From Promethearchaeota archaeon (lineage in GTDB: Archaea > Asgardarchaeota > Lokiarchaeia > Sigyniarchaeales > SOKP01), in contig RDOA01000042.1 of NCBI GenBank assembly GCA_011364925.1, positions 1 to 33,571 on the forward strand: a DNA stretch of 33,571 bases, read 5' to 3'. The notes under the pieces were generated by a model. It saw nothing but the letters and a program-made list of their open reading frames with translations, had not been told where the DNA came from and did not search any database. Both the position numbers and the translations under genes were made by a program. This document shows positions 9,764 to 17,914 of this stretch, piece after piece; within the stretch, counting starts at the first letter, position 1; every line of letters begins with the position of its first letter.

Positions 9764-11242
9764 ATGAATATAGACGATTTTGAATTAATTTATAAGAATA
9801 ATCGTAAAGAAATAAAAAATAAAACATTAATAAAAACTGAATTGAGTGAATTTCTTGGAGAAAAGAATGTTTCAATAAAAAATGCTGATTTACTTGCTTA
9901 TACAAGAGATTCAAGTCTTATTGCTTTAAATTGGACAATCCAAGGAAAAATTGCAGGCTTACCAGATTTCATTACTTGGCCAGAAACTAAAGAACAGATT
10001 TCCAAGATTTTAAAGCTTGCGAATAAGGAGAAGATTCCTGTAATCCCCTACTCTGAGGGATCTGGAGTTGTTGGAGGATCTATTCCAATTTATGGTGGAA
10101 TCATTATCGATATGAAGAAATTTAATAAAATATTAGAAATAAACGATAAAAACCTCACAGTTACGGCTCAAACAGGGATAAATGGGATGAATTTAGAACG
10201 ATATTTGAATTCTAAAGGTTATACTAGTGGTCATATACCCCAATCGCTTTATACATCTTCTTTGGGTGGGTGGATCGCGCATAGAGCTGCGGGTCAGTTT
10301 TCAACGAAATACGGAAAAATTGAAGATATTGTTATGGGTATGGAGGTTATTTTACCCCTAGGTGAAATTATCAAGTTTAAACCTATTGCGAGAGCGGCTA
10401 CAGGTCCTCAACTTGATAAAATGTTTATAGGAGGGGAAGGTACGTTGGGAATTGTAACAGAAGCAACGTTAAAAATTTGGCCCTATCCAGAAAAAAGAAC
10501 ATTGATCTCTTATTCTTTTCCAACAATAGAAGATTCGTTTAATGCAACGAGAGAAATCCTTAGAGAAAATGTCTATCCCGCAGTGATAAGAATCTATGAT
10601 GTACACGAAACTGACAGGCATTTTTCTGAAGTTGAAAATGCGAAGAAAAGAGTAATGACAGTTTTTGTGTGTGAAGGAAATAAAAAGCTAGTTGATGTAG
10701 AGGAAGCAATAACAAGAGAGATGTGTGAAAAAAATGCGGGGATTAACTGTGGAACTGGTCCTGTGGAGCATTGGTTTGAGACAAGATTTAGAGTAACTGA
10801 AACATCTACTATGTCGCCCTACAAATTAGTGTATGATACGGTTGAAGTTGCCTCGTTATGGGATAGAGCTGCGAGAATCTATCACTCTGTTGTAGAAGCT
10901 ACTGATAGGATTAAAGGAAATTTGTTAATTACTGCTCATGTTTCACATTTTTATGCTAATGGTGTTGGTACTTACTTCACATTTGGTGGCGTACCTCCAA
11001 AAGGAGTGTCTGATCTTGAATTTTACCAAGAGTGTTGGGATTCAATTATTAAAGCTGTTTTAGAAGCGGGTGGTTCTATTGCACATCATCATGGAATAGG
11101 TATTAATCGAGCTCATTGGATGAAAAAAGAATGGGGAACTGCAATAAATGTGATGAAAGATATTAAAAAATTGCTAGATCCTAGTAATATTCTCAATCCT
11201 GGCAAAATTTACGAGGATATATGGAAAGGAGGTGTTGAATAA
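9764..11242 (+). CDS. FAD-binding oxidoreductase, VAO/PCMH family, alkyl-dihydroxyacetonephosphate synthase (AGPS/ADPS)-like
   Basis: FAD loop PYSEGSGVVGG, GHIPQS..SSLGGWIA.RAAGQFSTKYGKIED, GGEGTLGIVT, PAVIRIYD, GTYFTF, the HHHGIG triad and DPSNILNPGK. Confidence 0.88.
   Translation: MNIDDFELIYKNNRKEIKNKTLIKTELSEFLGEKNVSIKNADLLAYTRDSSLIALNWTIQGKIAGLPDFITWPETKEQISKILKLANKEKIPVIPYSEGSGVVGGSIPIYGGIIIDMKKFNKILEINDKNLTVTAQTGINGMNLERYLNSKGYTSGHIPQSLYTSSLGGWIAHRAAGQFSTKYGKIEDIVMGMEVILPLGEIIKFKPIARAATGPQLDKMFIGGEGTLGIVTEATLKIWPYPEKRTLISYSFPTIEDSFNATREILRENVYPAVIRIYDVHETDRHFSEVENAKKRVMTVFVCEGNKKLVDVEEAITREMCEKNAGINCGTGPVEHWFETRFRVTETSTMSPYKLVYDTVEVASLWDRAARIYHSVVEATDRIKGNLLITAHVSHFYANGVGTYFTFGGVPPKGVSDLEFYQECWDSIIKAVLEAGGSIAHHHGIGINRAHWMKKEWGTAINVMKDIKKLLDPSNILNPGKIYEDIWKGGVE
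11228..11234 (+). promoter_or_regulatory. Ribosome-binding site GGAGGTG for the 11243 gene
   Basis: GGAGGTG lies 8 nt before ATG 11243; the upstream TAA abuts this ATG. Confidence 0.7.
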
Positions 11243-12517
11243 ATGGGTGCTTTTGAAACATTGAAAAAGTATAAATGGATGATTCCTCTTCTTAATAAAG
11301 CAGATAGGGACATTAAATCAATACTTATGAAAAACATGCGCTCGAAAGAAAAGAATTTTTACCCAGAAGGAGAATATAAAGCTGATGTAGATAACCTAAT
11401 TAAATGTATGTTATGTCCAAATATGTGTCGATTCGATTGCGGCACACTTCAAGCTTCGCAAACTGAAAGCATGAGTCCCTCGTATAAAGCGAGAATAGGA
11501 TACTATCTAACAATTGGTAAGATTGACCCAACCAAGGAAGAAAATAGTGATTTCATTGACTTTATGTATAAATGCTCCAATGAGGAAAACTGTAAGATTT
11601 GGTGCCCATTTGGATTTTCAGTAGTATCATTATTAGAAACTGTAAGAGACGATTTAAACAGCAAAGGACTTACGCCCGATTATTGTAAAGAACAAATTAA
11701 AAAGTTAGAAGAATCAAACACAATAGAAGGTTATAATATCTACGATACTTACAAAGAACATGGTATTGAAAACATCGAAACCGAAGGGAATGACGATGTG
11801 TTTTATTATATTGGTTGCGAATCGATGAAATTTCCCGATGTAATAAAAGCTAATATTAGTATCCTACAAAAAGCTGGAGTTAAATTTTCAACGAATCTTG
11901 AGAAAAAGGTTTGCTGTGGGGGGCCATCATTTAACATAAGAGATTCTGATACAGCAGAAAAATTTGCTAAAAAAAATCAAGAACTGATTGAATCTACTGG
12001 AGCTAAAATCATTGTATCCGATTGTCCTGGTTGCGTTCTGACACTCACAAAAAGGTATGAAAGTATAGGTATAAAAATAGAGAAAAAAATAATTCACATT
12101 GTAGAATACATCAAACAATTGTTAGAAGAGGGAAAGATAAACCCTACTAAAAATGTACCTGTTGAATTGAAAAAGGTGACAATTCATGATCCATGTCTCA
12201 TAGCCAGAAATTTAAATGATACTGCTTCAATTAGGGCCATACTAGGTAGAATTCAAGATTTAGAAATAGTTGAGCCGATTTATAATAAGGAATATGTCCA
12301 TTGTTGCGGATGGAGCGGTACTGCTCATTGGGCTGACAGAGTACTAGCTATTAAGGAAGCTTCAAATAGAATAGATGAATTACGGGAAACAGGAGCTGAA
12401 GTTTTTGTATCAGCATGTCCTTTGTGTGAATTAGGATTGAATTATGGGATTAACCCAGAAGAGAAAGAAAAGTTTAAAATACTAGATGTATCTGAATTAT
12501 TAGTAAAAAGCCTTTAA
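11243..12517 (+). CDS. Fe-S oxidoreductase with ferredoxin-like and two CCG domains (GlpC/GlcF/HdrD family)
   Basis: CMLCPNMCRFDC and degenerate CSNEENCKIWCP, then YYIGC..CCGG..DCPGC and HDPC..CCGW..ACPLC. Confidence 0.9.
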   Translation: MGAFETLKKYKWMIPLLNKADRDIKSILMKNMRSKEKNFYPEGEYKADVDNLIKCMLCPNMCRFDCGTLQASQTESMSPSYKARIGYYLTIGKIDPTKEENSDFIDFMYKCSNEENCKIWCPFGFSVVSLLETVRDDLNSKGLTPDYCKEQIKKLEESNTIEGYNIYDTYKEHGIENIETEGNDDVFYYIGCESMKFPDVIKANISILQKAGVKFSTNLEKKVCCGGPSFNIRDSDTAEKFAKKNQELIESTGAKIIVSDCPGCVLTLTKRYESIGIKIEKKIIHIVEYIKQLLEEGKINPTKNVPVELKKVTIHDPCLIARNLNDTASIRAILGRIQDLEIVEPIYNKEYVHCCGWSGTAHWADRVLAIKEASNRIDELRETGAEVFVSACPLCELGLNYGINPEEKEKFKILDVSELLVKSL

Positions 12518-12527
12518 AGGTGATAAG

Positions 12528-13991
12528 ATGAGCGATTTAATATGTGTATTTGATGTAGGTACTACTGGAACAAGAACAGTGATCTTCGATAACAATGGAA
12601 AGGAAATAGCCAGAGCTTATGAAGAATATGTAATCCCCTCTCAACCAGTAGGAATCTCGGAGCAAGCCCCTCAAGTTTGGTGGAATGCAATAAAAAATAC
12701 TTCAAATATAGTTATGAAGAGTGGAAAATTCGACCCGAATGATATTGTGGGAATTTCAGCTTCATTTGCTAGGGGAACTACAACACTAATAAATAAAAAT
12801 AGAGAAGTCTTGCACCCAGCATTAACCTGGATGGATGAGAGAGAATTAACTGATGCAAAGGGATTTAACGAAGAGTTAACTTGGAGGAATTCAATTCCGA
12901 AATTGTTATGGTTAAAGAAAAACAAACCAGACTTATTTTCTAAAGCTTTTAAAATTGTTTGTCCCGATTCATATACTTATATGAAGTTATGTGATGAAAT
13001 TGTAACAGATCCAACAAATGCAATCAATGGAATTTTAAATTTAAGAACTCTAAAATTAGATAATGAACTTGCAGAAGCATATGAGATTCCACTAGAATTA
13101 TGGCCTGAGGTACATCGTCCTGGTGAAGTGATTGGTGAATTATCTAACAAGGCAGCGAATGAATTAGGAATTAATAGAAATATTCCTATATTTTTAGGTG
13201 GTGGAGATCAACAATGTGCTTCTTTAGGGCTTGGTGTAATTGAAAATGGAGATGCAAAAACAACAACAGGCACTGGTACTATTGTAGAACTTGTTGTTGA
13301 TGAACCAATAAGAACATCAGGAGAAATACCAATATTCACTTTTCCACATTTGATTGAAGGTAAATGGGTTCTTGAGGGTGTAATGCCTGGTACGGGAACG
13401 ATGTTTCAAACATATGCAAGAAACTTTTCACAATTACAACTGAAAGAATCTGAGGAATTAAGCACAAGTGTTTACGATATATTGACCAAAGAAGCTGAGC
13501 AAGCCCCTCCTGGTAGTAATGGTTTATTGTTCGTTCCTCTCTATATATTTAGGAAAGGAACAATACATGGATTAGGTTGGCACCATGGTAGACCACATTT
13601 TGCCAGAGCGATAATGGAGAGCGCTGCATTATCTGCAAATATGTATTTAGGTATGCTTGAGGCTATAGCAAGAGTAAAAACCACTGAAGTAAAGGTAGAT
13701 GGAGGTGGAATGCATAGCGATTTATGGGGACAAATATTTGCGGATATAATGGATAGGAAAATTTTAATCCCTGAAAATAAAGATGGAGGAGCACTTGGCG
13801 CAGCGATATTAGGCTTTTATGGTGCTAGAACATATAACACAATAAAAGATGCTATTAATAGCATGAGCAGATTTGTCTCTGAGAAGAACCCAATAAAAGA
13901 AAACGTAAAAGCTTATAAGAAACTTGTAAGGCTATTCATGCCTACTGTTCTCGAAACTAATGAAAAGAAAAGAGTTACAAAAGATTTATAG
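12528..13991 (+). CDS. FGGY-family carbohydrate/polyol kinase (xylulokinase/glycerol kinase-like)
   Basis: FDVGTTGTR, TWMDER, GGGDQQCA, TTGTGT, APPGSNGL, VDGGG and ALGAAIL motifs; AGGTGA RBS upstream. Confidence 0.92.
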   Translation: MSDLICVFDVGTTGTRTVIFDNNGKEIARAYEEYVIPSQPVGISEQAPQVWWNAIKNTSNIVMKSGKFDPNDIVGISASFARGTTTLINKNREVLHPALTWMDERELTDAKGFNEELTWRNSIPKLLWLKKNKPDLFSKAFKIVCPDSYTYMKLCDEIVTDPTNAINGILNLRTLKLDNELAEAYEIPLELWPEVHRPGEVIGELSNKAANELGINRNIPIFLGGGDQQCASLGLGVIENGDAKTTTGTGTIVELVVDEPIRTSGEIPIFTFPHLIEGKWVLEGVMPGTGTMFQTYARNFSQLQLKESEELSTSVYDILTKEAEQAPPGSNGLLFVPLYIFRKGTIHGLGWHHGRPHFARAIMESAALSANMYLGMLEAIARVKTTEVKVDGGGMHSDLWGQIFADIMDRKILIPENKDGGALGAAILGFYGARTYNTIKDAINSMSRFVSEKNPIKENVKAYKKLVRLFMPTVLETNEKKRVTKDL

Positions 13992-14238
13992 TTCAATTTC
14001 AAGAAAAAATGGGACGAATTCCTTAGAAGAAATCCTAGATCAATTAGTTCTATATACTTTTTCATTTAAAAGCACGAAATTATGTGAAAAAAATTCAGTA
14101 ATTTTTACATTTTAGTTTCTAATTAGTAGAATATTTTCAAAGAAAATAAAAGAAAACCTAAAGGGTGTTCATTTTAGAAAAGTATTTCTTGACTCTTTTA
14201 TTTAAAAATTTAAACCCAAGAAATTAATTTGTGATACC

Positions 14239-15075
14239 ATGCCCTTCTTTAGAAACCAAGAAGGATACAATTTATATTACGAAGATATCAATGGAGAAAT
14301 TAAGGAGCAGACCAAAGGTACGATAATCTTGCTTCATGGTTTCGCCTCCTCAGCTTCATTTTTCAAAGGGCAAATAAAAATGTTAAAAAATTCTTATCGC
14401 ATTATTGCTTTCGATGCGTTAGGGCATGGTAAAAGCGATCATCCCATAAAGTTGAATCTTTCTAAAAATTTACGGTATGATATTATTAGAGATTTGGAGG
14501 ATTTGTTAAAGCATTTAGGAGTCGACGAAAATTTTGGAATTATCGGTCATTCGTTAGTAGGTGGTATGATTGGTCAACTAATTAGTATAGCTCACCCTGA
14601 AAATGTTGATTTTCTCATTTTACTTAATTCAGGATATATCATGATTGATAATGTAATTAGAAATATATTTTACAATCTACTCCCGTATTTTATTAGGATA
14701 AATTTCTTAGACGTTGTTGCCAATTCTGTTGAAACTATCTTAGATAAAATTATACCTTACATCCTAACTTCATTAGCGGACTCTATAAATGGGATGAAGT
14801 TAACGAAAGATGAATTGTATATGCTTATAGAAGACCAAATCTTCGGAATGATTAAGGAAATTAATGAGTATGACCCCTCCGGAATTAATTGCCCGACACT
14901 TATTATTGCTGGTCGATTAGATAATTTCGCTCCAGAACAAATGTCTGAAGAACTGCATAAGAAAATTCCAAACTCTCGTTTGGAAATATTGGATATGGCA
15001 GGACACTTCGCACCAGCTCAACGAAAGGAGGTAATTAACGAGTTAATATGCGATTTTATAAAAGATCTTGATTAA
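14239..15075 (+). CDS. Alpha/beta-fold hydrolase (esterase/lipase-like)
   Basis: Oxyanion motif LLHGF, FDALGHGKS, nucleophile elbow GHSLVGG, acid in GRLD and His in AGHF. Confidence 0.9.
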   Translation: MPFFRNQEGYNLYYEDINGEIKEQTKGTIILLHGFASSASFFKGQIKMLKNSYRIIAFDALGHGKSDHPIKLNLSKNLRYDIIRDLEDLLKHLGVDENFGIIGHSLVGGMIGQLISIAHPENVDFLILLNSGYIMIDNVIRNIFYNLLPYFIRINFLDVVANSVETILDKIIPYILTSLADSINGMKLTKDELYMLIEDQIFGMIKEINEYDPSGINCPTLIIAGRLDNFAPEQMSEELHKKIPNSRLEILDMAGHFAPAQRKEVINELICDFIKDLD

Positions 15076-15117
15076 TATGACTTAATACCTAATTACTTTT
15101 TGAGTTTTTGCTTGTTT

Positions 15118-15486
15118 ATGAATCCAATCGTAGATGATGATAATACTTCCATTTCTTTTTTCAAACAGAAGGTTCAAAAATTTGTGAGAGAAAGAAATTG
15201 GACTACGTATCATACTCCTATAAATTTAATTCAAGCGCTGAGTATTGAAGTAGCCGAATTATCCGAAATTTTTTTGTTTAAAGACCTTTCACTAGAAAAT
15301 ATAAAAAGTGACAAAAATCTTTTGGAAAATATCTCTGATGAGATTGCCGATGTTTTTATCTACTTAATTAGCCTTGTAAATAGTGTAAATCTAGATTTAA
15401 CTAATGCTTTCACTAAAAAGATGGAAAAAAACGAATTGAAATATTCTTTAGACGATTTTCATAATGGATCTTATCAAAAGTTGTAG
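15118..15486 (+). CDS. MazG-like all-alpha NTP pyrophosphohydrolase (dCTP pyrophosphatase type)
   Basis: FVRERNW..YHTP.NL, EVAELSE, DEIADV and KMEKNELKY. ATG 15118 preferred over TTG 15100. Confidence 0.9.
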   Translation: MNPIVDDDNTSISFFKQKVQKFVRERNWTTYHTPINLIQALSIEVAELSEIFLFKDLSLENIKSDKNLLENISDEIADVFIYLISLVNSVNLDLTNAFTKKMEKNELKYSLDDFHNGSYQKL

Positions 15487-15577
15487 TTGCCGTAATTTTG
15501 ATTTTATTTTAGGGTTAATAAATGTTATTTAAATTCAATAATAAGAATTTTTATGCTTTTTCCTCTTAATTAAAACA

Positions 15578-16555
15578 ATGGTATCAGAAAATTTAGATGA
15601 GATAATTAGAAAACAGTTTGATAAAACATTAGAAAGCACAGATTTTACATCCTTAGGAGATTTCTATAAAGGAAAAGTTCGAGATAATTATATAATGGAT
15701 GATTTCAGAATCATAATTGCCACAGATCGGCTATCTGCTTTTGACCGAGTTATCACAACAATTCCTTTTAAAGGTCAAATCTTAAACCAAATTTCGTCGT
15801 TCTGGTTTGAAAAGACGAAAAACATTGTTAAAAATCACATAATATCGATTCCGGATCCTAATGTTGCAGTTGTACATCAGTGTGAAATGATTCCAGTAGA
15901 AATGATCGTAAGAGCTTATATAACGGGATCTGCTTGGAGGGCTTATTCTAAAGGAGAGATCACCTCAGGGGTTATTCTTCCGAATGGATTGAGGAAAAAT
16001 CAGAAACTAGCAGATATTATTTTAACTCCTTCTACTAAAGCAGAGAGTGGACACGATATTTATATTTCAAAAGAAGAAATTTTAAAAAATAAGATGGTAG
16101 ATAGAACAGTTTATTCGCAGATGGAAGAAGCTTCAATAAAATTATTTAAATTTGGCCAAGATTATTGTCAGAAAAACGGGCTTATATTAGTTGACACAAA
16201 ATATGAGTTTGGAATAAAGGATGGAGAACTGCTAGTAGCTGACGAGATTCATACTCAAGATTCTTCCCGATTTTGGATTTCTGATGGCTATGAAGAAAAA
16301 TTCGAAAGAGGGGACGATCCTGAAATTTTAGACAAAGAGATATTTCGAGGGTGGTTAATGGACACATACCCGGATGTATTTCCGAATATTGCACCGGACC
16401 AGGATATTCCTCCTATCTCGCCAGGGATTAAGATCGAACTTGCTAAACGATATATGAAGAGTTATCAAAAAGTTACAGGAAACGCTTTCAAACCAGAAGT
16501 TTCTGATGTAAAAGAACGAATAATTAATAACCTTAGGAAAGCTAATTATCTATAA
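15578..16555 (+). CDS. purC: SAICAR synthetase (long, ADE1-like type)
   Basis: YKGKVRD, ATDRLSAFD, KGQILNQ, PVEMIVR, TPSTKA, DTKYEFG and DEIHTQDSSRFW. Confidence 0.96.
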   Translation: MVSENLDEIIRKQFDKTLESTDFTSLGDFYKGKVRDNYIMDDFRIIIATDRLSAFDRVITTIPFKGQILNQISSFWFEKTKNIVKNHIISIPDPNVAVVHQCEMIPVEMIVRAYITGSAWRAYSKGEITSGVILPNGLRKNQKLADIILTPSTKAESGHDIYISKEEILKNKMVDRTVYSQMEEASIKLFKFGQDYCQKNGLILVDTKYEFGIKDGELLVADEIHTQDSSRFWISDGYEEKFERGDDPEILDKEIFRGWLMDTYPDVFPNIAPDQDIPPISPGIKIELAKRYMKSYQKVTGNAFKPEVSDVKERIINNLRKANYL

Positions 16556-16602
16556 CTAATTAGAAAAGATTTAAATAAGATTCAACAGTATTTTTTATAA
16601 TT

Positions 16603-16806
16603 ATGCTTGCGTTTATTCTTTTGATTTGTGTTTTTGGGCTTTTTATGGCTTCCGTTACTTCCTTAATTATAGATTTTACATCATCTAAAAGAAACGCGAA
16701 TCGATCCGCCGACGAAAAATTGCCGAAGCTTGGTAAGTACAGCTTTCTATTTAATCTTATTGCGCTTCTACTCTTAGTGTTTGTAAGCTTTTCATATGCT
16801 TATTAA
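16603..16806 (+). CDS. Small two-TM membrane protein (hypothetical)
   Basis: 67 aa with two hydrophobic stretches flanking a basic loop; ATG start; fills the purC-purS gap. Confidence 0.55.
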   Translation: MLAFILLICVFGLFMASVTSLIIDFTSSKRNANRSADEKLPKLGKYSFLFNLIALLLLVFVSFSYAY

Positions 16807-16937
16807 ACTTATTTCAATTTGTTTAATTTAAATGTAAACAGATAAGAACTTTGCCTTTCTTGTCGCATTTTATCAATGAAAATTATTTATTAATTAATAA
16901 GAACTATTAAAATTATTACTCAATTTTCTTTTTACAA

Positions 16938-17207
16938 ATGGCGCAAATAGAATTTGAAATAGAAATCTCATTAGAGAATAAGCCTGCCGCTCGAGATCCC
17001 GTTGCTGAAACTATTCAAAGGGATTTACTAGCTAAAAAAGGATACGACCAAGTATCCAAAGTACGTTCTGGTCAGTATTTAAGAATCAACTTGCTAGCAG
17101 ATAGCGAAGAAAAAGCAAAGGAGCTTATAACTAAGATGTGCAACGATCTAAGAATATTCAATCCAGTTACACAGATTCTAAATATTATAAATGTGAATAA
17201 AGTATGA
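16938..17207 (+). CDS. purS: FGAM synthase subunit PurS
   Basis: K..ARDPVAETI...VRSG...LRIFNPV pattern; overlaps the purQ start (ATGA). Confidence 0.92.
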   Translation: MAQIEFEIEISLENKPAARDPVAETIQRDLLAKKGYDQVSKVRSGQYLRINLLADSEEKAKELITKMCNDLRIFNPVTQILNIINVNKV

Positions 17208-17914
17208 CTATTAAAATAGCTGTTATTCAATTTCCTGGAGCTAACTGTGATTTAGACGCCGTCCACGTTTTAAATGATGTAATTGGAGTAGAAACGAGTT
17301 TAGTTTGGCATAATTATTTTAAGGAAGCGGATTTTGATGGTGTTGTGCTACCGGGAGGGTTTAGTTTTGGAGATTATTTAAGAGCTGGTATTATTGCAGC
17401 TCATAGTCCCGCATTGGATGAGGCTCGGGTCATGTTGAAAGACGGTCGACCAATCATTGGTATATGCAATGGATTCCAAATATTAATCGAAGCTGAATTT
17501 CTTCCAGGCGCTCTCTTGCAGAACGAATCACTTAAATTTATTTGTAAATGGGTAAACATTAAAGTTATAAACAATAAGACTGCGTTTACTCACAAAATGA
17601 AACAAAACGAAGTTCTTGCGATTCCTATTGCTCATGGAGAAGGACGATACTTTACAGATAATTTAAAAGAACTCGAGGAAAACGACCAAGTAGTTTTCAG
17701 ATATTCAACAGAAACGGGAAATTACGAATCTGCTGCAAACCCTAATGGATCTTTAGACAATATCGCTGGAATTTGTAACCTCGAACAAAACTGTATTGGG
17801 TTAATGCCCCATCCCGAACGTGCCTCCGAGGCTATATTAAGCCCTAAAGGAACGGAACACGGCCGATTGTTTTTCGATTCAATGGTGGAATTTATAAAGC
17901 GGAGGATACGATAA
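17204..17914 (+). CDS. purQ: FGAM synthase glutaminase subunit PurQ
   Basis: FPGANCD, PGGFSFGDYLRAG, GICNGFQ, IAHGEG, NPNGS and MPHPER. Confidence 0.97.
   Translation: MTIKIAVIQFPGANCDLDAVHVLNDVIGVETSLVWHNYFKEADFDGVVLPGGFSFGDYLRAGIIAAHSPALDEARVMLKDGRPIIGICNGFQILIEAEFLPGALLQNESLKFICKWVNIKVINNKTAFTHKMKQNEVLAIPIAHGEGRYFTDNLKELEENDQVVFRYSTETGNYESAANPNGSLDNIAGICNLEQNCIGLMPHPERASEAILSPKGTEHGRLFFDSMVEFIKRRIR

Noticed and set aside
13989-14069. Frame stays open for ~25 codons after the kinase TAG (possible pyrrolysine read-through)
   Set aside because: The kinase is already full length, no Pyl machinery is in view, and this length is expected by chance.
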